Under the pieces are notes generated by a model. That model was not told where the DNA came from and did not search any database. It worked only from the letters and a program-made list of their open reading frames with translations. A stretch of 64,000 nt of DNA, from contig CP086569.2 in assembly GCA_009914755.4 (NCBI GenBank), forward strand, positions 36,000,001 to 36,064,000, written 5' to 3'. The DNA is from the human T2T-CHM13v2.0 reference genome, Homo sapiens. Below, piece after piece: positions 28,444-43,302 of the stretch (its first letter is position 1; every line of letters begins with the position of its first letter). Position numbers and translations under genes: made by a program.

Positions 28444-31400
28444 GAGTCGACACTAATGGACTGGAATAGAATGGACTCGACTGGTACGGACTCCAATGGA
28501 ATGGAATCGAATGGAAGGGAATCGAACGGAATGGACTCGAAGGGAAAAGACTGCAATGGAAAGGTCTCGAATGGAATGGAAATTAATGGAATGGAATGGA
28601 ATCGAATGAAATGGAGTCAAAAGGAATGGAATCGAATGGCAAGAAATCGAATGTAATGGAATCGCAAGGAATTGATGTGAACGGAACGGAATGGAATGGA
28701 ATCCAAAGGAATGGAATAGAATGGAATGGAATCGAATGGAAAGGACTCGAATGGAAATCACTCGAATAGAATGCAATTTAATAAAATAGGATCAAATGTA
28801 ATGGAATGGAATGGAAAGGAATCGAAACGAAAGGAATGGAGACAGATGGAATGGAATGGAACAGAGAGCAATGGTATAGAATGGAATGGAATCATCTGGA
28901 ATGGAATTGAATGGAATGGAATAATATGAAATGGAATGGAATGGAATGGAATGGAATGCCCTTGAATTAAATGGACTGGAATGGAATGGACTCGAACAGA
29001 GTGGAATGGAAAGTGTTGAGATAGAATGGAATGGACTCCTTTGGAATGGTGTAGTATGCAATGCAATCGACTGGCAGGGAATCAAAAGGAATGTAATCGA
29101 ATGGATTGGACTGGAATGCAATGGACTCGAATAGATTGGAAACGGAATGCAAAGGAATGGAATGGAATAGTATGGAATGGAATGGAAAGGAATGGAGTGG
29201 AATAGACTAGAGTGGAATGGAATGGACTGGAAAGCAATGGACTGGAATGGAACTTTCTTGAATGGACTGGAATCAAACGGAATGGAATGCAATACAATCA
29301 AATGGCATGGAATAAAATAGAATGAAAGAGAATCAAATGGAATTGAATCGAATGGAATCGAATGGATTGGAAAGGAATAGAATGGAATGGAATGGAATTG
29401 ACTCAAATGGAATGGACTAGAATGGAATGGATTCGAATGGAAGGCAAAGGAATGGAATCTATTGGAATGGACTGTAATGGAATGGAATGGAAGGGATTGG
29501 AATGGACTCGAATGGAATGGACTGCAATAGAAAGGATTCGAATGGAATGAAAAAGAATTGAATGGAATAGAACAGAATGGAATCAAATCGAATGAAATGG
29601 AATGGAATAGAAAGGAATGGAATGAAATGGAATGGAAAGGATTCGAATGGAATGCAATCGAATGGAATGGAATCGAACGGAATGGAATAAAATGGAAGAA
29701 AACTGGCAAGAAATGGAATCGAAATGAATGGAGTGTTATGGAACGGACTCAAAAGGAATTGAATGTAATAGAATGGAGTGGAGTGGACTCGAATATAATG
29801 GACTGGAATGGAATGAAATCACATGGAATGGGAACGAATGGAATGGAATGGAAAGGAATGGAATCGAATGGAAAGGAATCGAATGGAAGGGAATGAAATT
29901 GAATCAACAGGAATGGAAGGGAATAGAATAGACGGTAATGGAATGGACTCGAATAGAATGGACACGAATGCTCAAATTGAATGGACTCGAATGGAATGGA
30001 AACGAAAGGAATGTCATCGAATGGAATTGAATCGATTGGAATGAAATCGCATAGAATGGAGTGGAATCAAATGGAATTGAATCGAAAGGAAAGGAAGCGA
30101 ATGGACTGAAATGAAATGGAATGGAATTGAATGGAAAGTAATGCAATGGAATAGAATGGAACGAAATTTCACGGAATGGAATCAAACTGAATGGAATCAA
30201 ATCAATGGAATCAAATCAAATGGAATGGAAAGGAATTGAATGGAGTAGATTGGATTGGATGGGATTGGAATGAAATGTACTGGAAAGGACTCGAATTTCA
30301 TGAAACGGAATGGAATGAATTGGAACGGAATGGACTCGAATGGAATGGAATGTCATGGAATGGCATCAAATGGAATGGCATCAAATGGAATGGAATCGAA
30401 TGCAATGGAATGCTATGGAATGGAATGGAATGCATTGGAATGGAATGTCCTCTAATGGAATGGATTCGAGTGGAATGGAATCGAATATAATGGAGTCGAA
30501 TGAAATGGAATTGAAAGGAATGGGATCGAATACAATGGAATATACTGGAATGTAATGTAATGAACTCGAATGTAATTGACTGGAATGGAATGTACATGAA
30601 TGGAATGTAATCGAATGGAAAGTAATCCAATGGAATAGAATCTAATGCAATAAAACCGACTCAGATAGAGTAGAATGTAATGGAATGGAGTGCAGTGCAA
30701 TGGAAGGGAATGGAATTGAATGCAATGGAATGGAATGGAATGGAATGGAATGGAATGGAATGGAATGGAATGGGATGGAATGGTATGGAATGGATAGTAA
30801 TGGACTGGAGTGAAATGGACTGGAAAGGAATGGACTCAAATTGAAAGGGCTCGAAAGGAATGGAGTCAAATGGAATGGTCTGGAATGGAATGAACACGAA
30901 AGTAATGCAATCCAATAGAATGGAATCGAATGGCATGGAATATAAAGAAATGGAATCGAAGAGAATGGAAACAAATGGAATGGAATTGAATGGAATGGAA
31001 TTGAATGGAATGGGAACGAATGGAGTGAAATTGTATGCAGTAGAAGGGAATAGAATGTAATGTAAGCGAAAGGAAAGGAATGGATTGGAATGGAATGGAA
31101 ATCATTGGAATGGAAGGGAATGTAGTGTAATGGACAGGCCTGGAATAAAGTGGAATGCTACGGTCTCGAATGGAATAAAAATGTATGGAATGGAATGCAA
31201 TGAAACGGAATCGAATGTCATAAAATGTAATGGAATGCAAAAAAATGGAATCCAAAATCATTGACTGGAAAGGCTGGGTGTCGAAAGGAATTGACTCCAA
31301 TGGAATGGAATCGAATGGAATGGAAGTGAATAGAATCGAACTAAATCGAATGGAATGGAATTGATAGGAACGGAATGGAAAGGAATGCAATGATTTGGCA

Positions 31401-32012
31401 TGGAATGGAATCGAATGGCATCGAATGGAATGGAATGGAATGCAATGGAATGGAATGTATTAGAATGTAATGAACTTTAATGGAATGTACTCGAATGGAT
31501 TCGACTGGAATGGAATGTTCTGGAAGTGAATGGGCTCCAATGGAATGGAATCAAAAGGAATGGAATCGTACGGAATGGAATCTAATGTAATGGAATTAAA
31601 TGGAAATGAATCAAATTGAATAGCACGGAATTGAATTGAATGGAATCGAATGCAATGGAATCTAATGAAACGGAAAGGAAAGGAATGGAATGGAATGGAA
31701 TGGGCTGGAATGGAAAGGAATCGAAACGAATGGAATGGAATCGAACTGAAGAGACTGGAATGGAATGCACTGGAATGGAAGGGAGTGTAATGGAAGGTTC
31801 TCGAAAGAAATGGAATCGAATGGAATGGAATTGAATGGAACGGAATAGAGTCGAATGGAATTGAATGGAATGGAATGGACTAGAGTGAAATGGAATCGAA
31901 CCACAAGGAATGGACAGGAATAGAATGGTCTCGAATTGAATGGAATCGTATGGAATGGCATCAAACGGAATGGAATGGACAGCCACGGAATGGAATGCAC
32001 TCGAATGCAATG
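28444..32012 (+). repeat. HOR unit 9 (3569 bp)
   Basis: Anchors at 28444 and 32013. Confidence 0.85.
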
Positions 32013-34073
32013 GAGTCGAAACTAATGGACTGGAATAGAATGGACTCGACTGGTACGGACTCCAATGGAATGGAATCGAATGGAAGGGAATCGAACGGAA
32101 TGGACTCGAAGGGAAAAGACTGCAATGGAAAGGTCTCGAATGGAATGGAAATTAATGGAATGGAATGGAATCGAATGAAATGGAGTCAAAAGGAATGGAA
32201 TCGAATGGCAAGAAATCGAATGTAATGGAATCGCAAGGAATTGATGTGAACGGAACGGAATGGAATGGAATCCAAAGGAATGGAATAGAATGGAATGGAA
32301 TCGAATGGAAAGGACTAGAATGGAAATCACTCGAATAGAATGCAATTTAATAAAATAGGATCAAATGTAATGGAATGGAATGGAAAGGAATCGAAACGAA
32401 AGGAATGGAGACAGATGGAATGGAATGGAACAGAGAGCAATGGTATAGAATGGAATGGAATCATCTGGAATGGAATTGAATGGAATGGAATAATATGAAA
32501 TGGAATGGAATGGAATGGAATGGAATGCCCTTGAATTAAATGGACTGGAATGGAATGGACTCGAACAGAGTGGAATGGAAAGTGTTGAGATAGAATGGAA
32601 TGGACTCCTTTGGAATGGTCTAGTATGCAATGCAATCGACTGGCAGGGAATCAAAAGGAATGTAATGGAATGGATTGGACTGGAATGCAATGGACAGGAA
32701 TAGATTGGAAACGGAATGCAAAGGAATGGAATGGAATAGTATGGAATGGAATGGAAAGGAATGGAGTGGAATAGACTAGAGTGGAATGCAATGGACTGGA
32801 AAGCAATGGACTGGAATGGAACTTTCTTGAATGGACTGGAATCAAACGGAATGGAATGCAATGCAATCAAATGGCATGGAATAAAATAGAATGAAAGAGA
32901 ATCAAATGGAATTGAATCGAATGGAATCGAATGGATTGGAAAGGAATAGAATGGAATGGAATGGAATTCACTCAAATGGAATGGACTAGAATGGAATGGA
33001 TTCGAATGGAAGGCAAAGGAATGGAATCTATTGGAATGGACTGTAATGGAATGGAATGGAATTGAATGGAATGGGAACGAATGGAGTGAAATTGTATGCA
33101 GTAGAAGGGAATAGAATGGAATGCAAGCAAAAGGAAAGGAATGGATTGGAATGGAATGGAATTCATTGGAATGGAAGGGAATGTAGTGTAATGGACAGGC
33201 CTGGAATAAAGTGGAATGCTACGGTCTCGAATGGAATAAAAATGTATGGAATGGAATGCAATGAAATGGAATCGAATGTCATAGAATGTAATGGAATGCA
33301 ACAAAATGGAATCCAATATCATTGACTGGAAAGGCTGGGTGTTGAAAGGAATTGACTCCAATGGAATGGAATCGAATGGAATGGAAGTGAATAGAATCGA
33401 ACTAAATCGAATGGAATGGAATTGATAGGAACGGAATGGAAAGGAATGCAATGATTTGGCATGGAATGGAATCGAATGGCATCGAATGGAATGGAATGGA
33501 ATGCAATGGAATGGAATGTATTAGAATGTAATGAACTTTAATGGAATGTACTCGAATGGATTCGACTGGAATGGAATGTTCTGGAAGTGAATGGACTCCA
33601 ATGGAATGGATTCAAAAGGAATGGAATCGTACGGAATGGAATCTAATGGAATGGAATTAAATGGAAATGAATCAAATTGAATAGCACGGAATTGAATTGA
33701 ATGGAATGGAATGCAATGGAATCTAATGAAACGGAAAGGAAAGGAATGGAATGGAATGGAATGGGCTGGAATGGAAAGGAATCGAAACGAATGGAATGGA
33801 ATCGAACTGAAGAGACTGGAATGGAATGCACTGGAATGGAAGGGAGTGTAATGGAAGGTTCTCGAAAAAAATGGAATGGAATGGAATGGAATTGAATGGA
33901 ACGGAATAGAGTCGAATGGAATTGAATGGAATGGAATGGACTAGAGTGAAATGGAATCGAACCACAAGGAATGGACAGGAATAGAATGGTCTCGAATTGA
34001 ATGGAATCGTATGGAATGGCATCAAACGGAATGGAATGGACAGCCACGGAATGGAATGCACTCGAATGCAATG
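32013..34073 (+). repeat. HOR unit 10: 2061-bp deletion derivative (lacks ~1.5 kb, unit-relative ~1055-2560)
   Basis: Anchors at 32013 and 34074. Sequence near 33040-33070 joins the ...ctgtaatggaatggaatgga segment (unit-relative ~1040-1060) directly to attgaatggaatgggaacgaatggagtgaaattgtatgcag (unit-relative ~2545-2590). Confidence 0.85.
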
Positions 34074-37000
34074 GAGTCGAAACTAATGGACTGGAATAGA
34101 ATGGACTCGACTGGTACGGACTCCAATGGAATGGAATCGAATGGAAGGGAATCGAACGGAATGGACTCGAAGGGAAAAGACTGCAATGGAAAGGTCTCGA
34201 ATGGAATGGAAATTAATGGAATGGAATGGAATCGAATGAAATGGAGTCAAAAGGAATGGAATCGAATGGCAAGAAATCGAATGTAATGGAATCGCAAGGA
34301 ATTGATGTGAACGGAACGGAATGGAATGGAATCCAAAGGAATGGAATAGAATGGAATGGAATCGAATGGAAAGGACTCGAATGGCAATCACTCGAATAGA
34401 ATGCAATTTAATAAAATAGGATCAAATGTAATGGAATGGAATGGAAAGGAATCGAAACGAAAGGAATGGAGACAGATGGAATGGAATGGAACAGAGAGCA
34501 ATGGTATAGAATGGAATGGAATCATCTGGAATGGAATTGAATGGAATGGAATAATATGAAATGGAATGGAATGGAATGGAATGGAATGGAATGGAATGCC
34601 CTTGAATTAAATGGACTGGAATGGAATGGACTCGAACAGAGTGGAATGGAAAGTGTTGAGATAGAATGGAATGGACTCCTTTGGAATGGTCTAGTATGCA
34701 ATGCAATCGACTGGCAGGGAATCAAAAGGAATGTAATCGAATGGATTGGACTGGAATGCAATGGACTCGAATAGATTGGAAACGGAATGCAAAGGAATGG
34801 AATGGAATAGTATGGAATGGAATGGAAAGGAATGGAGTGGAATAGACTAGAGTGGAATGGAATGGACTGGAAAGCAATGGACTGGAATGGAACTTTCTTG
34901 AATGGACTGCAATCAAACGGAATGGAATGCAATGCAATCAAATGGCATGGAATAAAATAGAATGAAAGAGAATCAAATGGAATTGAATCGAATGGAATCG
35001 AATGGATTGGAAAGGAATAGAATGGAATGGAATGGAATGGACTCAAATGGAATGGACTAGAATGGAATGGATTCGAATGGAAGGCAAAGGAATGGAATCT
35101 ATTGGAATGGACTGTAATGGAATGGAATGGAAGGGATTGGAATGGACTCGAATGGAATGGACTGCAATAGAAAGGATTCGAATGGAATGAAAAAGAATTG
35201 AATGGAATAGAACAGAATGGAATCAAATCGAATGAAATGGAATGGAATAGAAAGGAATGGAATGAAATGGAATGGAAAGGATTCGAATGGAATGCAATCG
35301 AATGGAATGGAATCGAACGGAATGGAATAAAATGGAAGAAAACTGGCAAGAAATGGAATCGAAATGAATGGAGTGTTATGGAACGGACTCAAAAGGAATT
35401 GAATGTAATAGAATGGAGTGGAGTGGACTCGAATATAATGGACTGGAATGGAATGAAATCACATGGAATGGGAACGAATGGAATGGAATGGAAAGGAATG
35501 GAATCGAATGGAAAGGAATCGAATGGAAGGGAATGAAATTGAATCAACAGGAATGGAAGGGAATAGAATAGACGGTAATGGAATGGACTCGAATAGAATG
35601 GACACGAATGCTCAAATTGAATGGACTCGAATGGAATGGAAACGAAAGGAATGTCATCGAATGGAATTGAATCGATTGGAATGAAATCGCATAGAATGGA
35701 GTGGAATCAAATGGAATTGAATCGAAAGGAAAGGAAGCGAATGGACTGAAATGAAATGGAATGGAATTGAATGGAAAGTAATGCAATGGAATAGAATGGA
35801 ACGAAATTTCACGGAATGGAATCAAACTGAATGGAATCAAATCAATGGAATCTAATCAAATGGAATGGAAAGGAATTGAATGGAGTAGATTGGATTGGAT
35901 GGGATTGGAATGAAATGTACTGGAAAGGACTCGAATTTCATGAAACGGAATGGAATGAATTGGAACGGAATGGACTCGAATGGAATGGAATGTCATGGAA
36001 TGGCATCAAATGGAATGGCATCAAATGGAATGGAATCGAATGCAATGGAATGCTATGGAATGGAATGGAATGCATTGGAATGGAATGTCCTCTAATGGAA
36101 TGGATTCGAGTGGAATGGAATCGAATATAATGGAGTCGAATGAAATGGAATTGAAAGGAATGGGATCGAATAAAATGGAATATACTGGAATGTAATGTAA
36201 TGAACTCGAATGTAATTGACTGGAATGGAATGTACATGAATGGAAGGTAATCGAATGGAAAGTAATCCAATGGAATAGAATCTAATGCAATAAAACCGAC
36301 TCAGATAGAGTAGAATGTAATGGAATGGAGTGCAGTGCAATGGAATGGAATGGAATTGAATGCAATGGAATGGAATGGAATGTAATGGAATGGAATGGAA
36401 TGGAATGGAATGGAATGGAATGGGATGGAATGGTATGGAATGGATAGTAATGGACTGGAGTGAAATGGACTGGAAAGGAATGGACTCAAATTGAAAGGGC
36501 TCGAAAGGAATGGAGTCAAATGGAATGGTCTGGAATGGAATGAACACGAATGTAATGCAATCCAATAGAATGGAATCGAATGGCATGGAATATAAAGAAA
36601 TGGATTCGAAGAGAATGGAAACAAATGGAATGGAATTGAATGGAATGGAATTGAATGGAATGGGAACGAATGGAGTGAAATTGTATGCAGTAGAAGGGAA
36701 TAGAAAGGAATGTAAGCGAAAGGAAAGGAATGGATTGGAATGGAATGGAATTCATTGGAATGGAAGGGAATGTAGTGTAATGGACAGGCCTGGAATAAAG
36801 TGGAATGCTACTGTCTCGAATGGAATAAAAATGTATGGAATGGAATGCAATGAAATGGAATCGAATGTCATAGAATGTAATGGAATGCAACAAAATGGAA
36901 TCCAATATCATTGACTGGAAAGGCTGGGTGTCGAAAGGAATTGACTCCAATGGAATGGAATCGAATGGAATGGAAGTGAATAGAATCGAACTAAATCGAA

Positions 37001-37662
37001 TGGAATGGAATTGATAGGAACGGAATGGAAAGGAATGCAATGATTTGGCATGGAATGGAATCGAATGGCATCGAATGGAATGGAATGGAATGCAATGGAA
37101 TGGAATGTATTAGAATGGAATGAACTTTAATGGAATGTACTCGAATGGATTCGACTGGAATGGAATGTTCTGGAAGTGAATGGACTCCAATGGAATGGAT
37201 TCAAAAGGAATGGAATCGTACGGAATGGAATCTAATGGAATGGAATTAAATGGAAATGAATCAAATTGAATAGCACGGAATTGAATTGAATGGAATGGAA
37301 TGCAATGGAATCTAATGAAACGGAAAGGAAAGGAATGGAATGGAATGGAAAGGGCTGGAATGGAAAGGAATCGAAACGAATGGAATGGAATCGAACTGAA
37401 GAGACTGGAATGGAATGCACTGGAATGGAAGGGAGTGTAATGGAAGGTTCTCGAAAAAAATGGAATCGAATGGAATGGAATTGAATGGAACGGAATAGAG
37501 TCGAATGGAATTGAATGGAATGGAATGGACTAGAGTGAAATGGAATCGAACCACAAGGAATGGAGAGGAATAGAATGGTCTCGAATTGAATGGAATCGTA
37601 TGGAATGGCATCAAACGGAATGGAATGGACAGCCACGGAATGGAATGCACTCGAATGCAATG
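34074..37662 (+). repeat. HOR unit 11 (3589 bp; longest, with extra pentamers at ~34561-34600)
   Basis: Anchors at 34074 and 37663. The 67-aa MEWNG ORF seen in other units is 77 aa here (34541..34774). Confidence 0.85.
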
Positions 37663-39723
37663 GAGTCGAAACTAATGGACTGGAATAGAATGGACTCGAC
37701 TGGTACGGACTCCAATGGAATGGAATCGAATGGAAGGGAATCGAACGGAATGGACTCGAAGGGAAAAGACTGCAATGGAAAGGTCTCGAATGGAATGGAA
37801 ATTAATGGAATGGAATGGAATCGAATGAAATGGAGTCAAAAGGAATGGAATCGAATGGCAAGAAATCGAATGTAATGGAATCGCAAGGAATTGATGTGAA
37901 CGGAACGGAATGGAATGGAATCCAAAGGAATGGAATAGAATGGAATGGAATCGAATGGAAAGGACTAGAATGGAAATCACTCGAATAGAATGCAATTTAA
38001 TAAAATAGGATCAAATGTAATGGAATGGAATGGAAAGGAATCGAAACGAAAGGAATGGAGACAGATGGAATGGAATGGAACAGAGAGCAATGGTATAGAA
38101 TGGAATGGAATCATCTGGAATGGAATTGAATGGAATGGAATAATATGAAATGGAATGGAATAGAATGGAATGGAATGCCCTTGAATTAAATGGACTGGAA
38201 TGGAATGGACTCGAACAGAGTGGAATGGAAAGTGTTGAGATAGAATGGAATGGACTCCTTTGGAATGGTCTAGTATGCAATGCAATCGACTGGCAGGGAA
38301 TCAAAAGGAATGTAATGGAATGGATTGGACTGGAATGCAATGGACAGGAATAGATTGGAAACGGAATGCAAAGGAATGGAATGGAATAGTATGGAATGGA
38401 ATGGAAAGGAATGGAGTGGAATAGACTAGAGTGGAATGCAATGGACTGGAAAGCAATGGACTGGAATGGAACTTTCTTGAATGGACTGGAATCAAACGGA
38501 ATGGAATGCAATGCAATCAAATGGCATGGAATAAAATAGAATGAAAGAGAATCAAATGGAATTGAATCGAATGGAATCGAATGGATTGGAAAGGAATAGA
38601 ATGGAATGGAATGGAATTCACTCAAATGGAATGGACTAGAATGGAATGGATTCGAATGGAAGGCAAAGGAATGGAATCTATTGGAATGGACTGTAATGGA
38701 ATGGAATGGAATTGAATGGAATGGGAACGAATGGAGTGAAATTGTATGCAGTAGAAGGGAATAGAATGGAATGCAAGCAAAAGGAAAGGAATGGATTGGC
38801 ATGGAATGGAATTCATTGGAATGGAAGGGAATGTAGTGTAATGGACAGGCCTGGAATAAAGTGGAATGCTACGGTCTCGAATGGAATAAAAATGTATGGA
38901 ATGGAATGCAATGAAATGGAATCGAATGTCATAGAATGTAATGGAATGCAACAAAATGGAATCCAATATCATTGACTGGAAAGGCTGGGTGTTGAAAGGA
39001 ATTGACTCCAATGGAATGGAATCGAATGGAATGGAAGTGAATAGAATCGAACTAAATCGAATGGAATGGAATTGATAGGAACGGAATGGAAAGGAATGCA
39101 ATGATTTGGCATGGAATGGAATCGAATGGCATCGAATGGAATGGAATGGAATGCAATGGAATGGAATGTATTAGAATGTAATGAACTTTAATGGAATGTA
39201 CTCGAATGGATTCGACTGGAATGGAATGTTCTGGAAGTGAATGGACTCCAATGGAATGGATTCAAAAGGAATGGAATCGTACGGAATGGAATCTAATGGA
39301 ATGGAATTAAATGGAAATGAATCAAATTGAATAGCACGGAATTGAATTGAATGGAATGGAATGCAATGGAATCTAATGAAACGGAAAGGAAAGGAATGGA
39401 ATGGAATGGAATGGGCTGGAATGGAAAGGAATCGAAACGAATGGAATGGAATCGAACTGAAGAGACTGGAATGGAATGCACTGGAATGGAAGGGAGTGTA
39501 ATGGAAGGTTCTCGAAAAAAATGGAATGGAATGGAATGGAATTGAATGGAACGGAATAGAGTCGAATGGAATTGAATGGAATGGAATGGACTAGAGTGAA
39601 ATGGAATCGAACCACAAGGAATGGACAGGAATAGAATGGTCTCGAATTGAATGGAATCGTATGGAATGGCATCAAACGGAATGGAATGGACAGCCACGGA
39701 ATGGAATGCACTCGAATGCAATG
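37663..39723 (+). repeat. HOR unit 12: 2061-bp deletion derivative
   Basis: Anchors at 37663 and 39724. Same junction as unit 10, at ~38700-38712. Confidence 0.85.
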
Positions 39724-42700
39724 GAGTCGAAACTAATGGACTGGAATAGAATGGACTCGACTGGTACGGACTCCAATGGAATGGAATCGAATGGAAGGGA
39801 ATCGAACGGAATGGACTCGAAGGGAAAAGACTGCAATGGAAAGGTCTCGAATGGAATGGAAATTAATGGAATGGAATGGAATCGAATGAAATGGAGTCAA
39901 AAGGAATGGAATCGAATGGCAAGAAATCGAATGTAATGGAATCACAAGGAATTGATGTGAACGGAACGGAATGGAATGGAATCCAAAGGAATGGAATAGA
40001 ATGGAATGGAATCGAATGGAAAGGACTCGAATGGCAATCACTCGAATAGAATGCAATTTAATAAAATAGGATCAAATGTAATGGAATGGAATGGAAAGGA
40101 ATCGAAACGAAAGGAATGGAGACAGATGGAATGGAATGGAACAGAGAGCAATGGTATAGAATGGAATGGAATCATCTGGAATGGAATTGAATGGAATGGA
40201 ATAATATGAAATGGAATGGAATGGAATGGAATGGAATGCCCTTGAATTAAATGGACTGGAATGGAATGGACTCGAACAGAGTGGAATGGAAAGTGTTGAG
40301 ATAGAATGGAATGGACTCCTTTGGAATGGTCTAGTATGCAATGCAATCGACTGGCAGGGAATCAAAAGGAATGTAATCGAATGGATTGGACTGGAATGCA
40401 ATGGACTCGAATAGATTGGAAACGGAATGCAAAGGAATGGAATGGAATAGTATGGAATGGAATGGAAAGGAATGGAGTGGAATAGACTAGAGTGGAATGG
40501 AATGGACTGGAAAGCAATGGACTGGAATGGAACTTTCTTGAATGGACTGGAATCAAACGGAATGGAATGCAATGCAATCAAATGGCATGGAATAAAATAG
40601 AATGAAAGAGAATCAAATGGAATTGAATCGAATGGAATCGAATGGATTGGAAAGGAATAGAATGGAATGGAATAGAATGGACTCAAATGGAATGGACTAG
40701 AATGGAATGGATTCGAATGGAAGGCAAAGGAATGGAATCTATTGGAATGGACTGTAATTGAATGGAATGGAAGGGATTGGAATGGACTCGAATAGAATGG
40801 ACTGCAATAGAAAGGATTCGAATGGAATGAAAAAGAATTGAATGGAATAGAACAGAATGGAATCAAATCGAATGAAATGGAATGGAATAGAAAGGAATGG
40901 AATGAAATGGAATGGAAAGGATTCGAATGGAATGCAATCGAATGGAATGGAATCGAACGGAATGGAATAAAATGGAAGAAAACTGGCAAGAAATGGAATC
41001 GAAATGAATGGAGTGTTATGGAACGGACTCAAAAGGAATTGAATGTAATAGAATGGAGTGGAGTGGACTCGAATATAATGGACTGGAATGGAATGAAATC
41101 ACATGGAATGGGAACGAATGGAATGGAATGGAAAGGAATGGAATCGAATGGAAAGGAATCGAATGGAAGGGAATGAAATTGAATCAACAGGAATGGAAGG
41201 GAATAGAATAGACGGTAATGGAATGGACTCGAATAGAATGGACACGAATGCTCAAATTGAATGGACTCGAATGGAATGGAAACGAAAGGAATGTCATCGA
41301 ATGGAATTGAATCGATTGGAATGAAATCGCATAGAATGGAGTGGAATCAAATGGAATTGAATCGAAAGGAAAGGAAGCGAATGGACTGAAATGAAATGGA
41401 ATGGAATTGAATGGAAAGTAATGCAATGGAATAGAATGGAACGAAATTTCACGGAATGGAATCAAACTGAATGGAATCAAATCAATGGAATCAAATCAAA
41501 TGGAACGGAAAGGAATTGAATGGAGTAGATTGGATTGGATGGGATTGGAATGAAATGTACTGGAAAGGACTCGAATTTCATGAAACGGAATGGAATGAAT
41601 TGGAACGGAATGGACTCGAATGGAATGGAATGTCATGGAATGGCATCAAATGGAATGGCATCAAATGGAATGGAATCGAATGCAATGGAATGCTATGGAA
41701 TGGAATGGAATGCATTGGAATGGAATGTCCTCTAATGGAATGGATTCGAGTGGAATGGAATCGAATATAATGGAGTCGAATGAAATGGAATTGAAAGGAA
41801 TGGGATCGAATACAATGGAATATACTGGAATGTAATGTAATGAACTCGAATGTAATTGACTGGAATGGAATGTACATGAATGGAAGGTAATCGAATGGAA
41901 AGTAATCCAATGGAATAGAATCTAATGCAATAAAACCGACTCAGATAGAGTAGAATGTAATGGAATGGAGTGCAGTGCAATGGAATGGAATGGAATTGAA
42001 TGCAATGGAATGGAATGGAATGTAATGGAATGGAATGGAATGGAATGGAATGGAATGGAATGGGATGGAATGGTATGGAATGGATAGTAATGGACTGGAG
42101 TGAAATGGACTGGAAAGGAATGGACTCAAATTGAAAGGGCTCGAAAGGAATGGAGTCAAATGGAATGGTCTGGAATGGAATGAACACGAATGTAATGCAA
42201 TCCAATAGAATGGAATCGAATGGCATGGAATATAAAGAAATGGATTCGAAGAGAATGGAAACAAATGGAATGGAATTGAATGGAATGGAATTGAATGGAA
42301 TGGGAACGAATGGAGTGAAATTGTATGCAGTAGAAGGGAATAGAAAGGAATGCAAGCGAAAGGAAAGGAATGGATTGGAATGGAATGGAATTCATTGGAA
42401 TGGAAGGGAATGTAGTGTAATGGACAGGCCTGGAATAAAGTGGAATGCTACGGTCTCGAATGGAATAAAAATGTATGGAATGGAATGCAATGAAATGGAA
42501 TCGAATGTCATAGAATGTAATGGAATGCAACAAAATGGAATCCAATATCATTGACTGGAAAGGCTGGGTGTCGAAAGGAATTGACTCCAATGGAATGGAA
42601 TCGAATGGAATGGAAGTGAATAGAATCGAACTAAATCGAATGGAATGGAATTGATAGGAACGGAATGGAAAGGAATGCAATGATTTGGCATGGAATGGAA

Positions 42701-43302
42701 TCGAATGGCATCGAATGGAATGGAATGGAATGCAATGGAATGGAATGTATTAGAATGGAATGAACTTTAATGGAATGTACTCGAATGGATTCGACTGGAA
42801 TGGAATGTTCTGGAAGTGAATGGACTCCAATGGAATGGATTCAAAAGGAATGGAATCGTACGGAATGGAATCTAATGGAATGGAATTAAATGGAAATGAA
42901 TCAAATTGAATAGCACGGAATTGAATTGAATGGAATGGAATGCAATGGAATCTAATGAAACGGAAAGGAAAGGAATGGAATGGAATGGAATGGGCTGGAA
43001 TGGAAAGGAATCGAAACGAATGGAATGGAATCGAACTGAAGAGACTGGAATGGAATGCACTGGAATGGAAGGGAGTGTAATGGAAGGTTCTCGAAAAAAA
43101 TGGAATCGAATGGAATGGAATTGAATGGAACGGAATAGAGTCGAATGGAATTGAATGGAATGGAATGGACTAGAGTGAAATGGAATCGAACCACAAGGAA
43201 TGGAGAGGAATAGAATGGTCTCGAATTGAATGGAATCGTATGGAATGGCATCAAACGGAATGGAATGGACAGCCACGGAATGGAATGCACTCGAATGCAA
43301 TG
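39724..43302 (+). repeat. HOR unit 13 (3579 bp)
   Basis: Anchors at 39724 and 43303. Confidence 0.85.
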
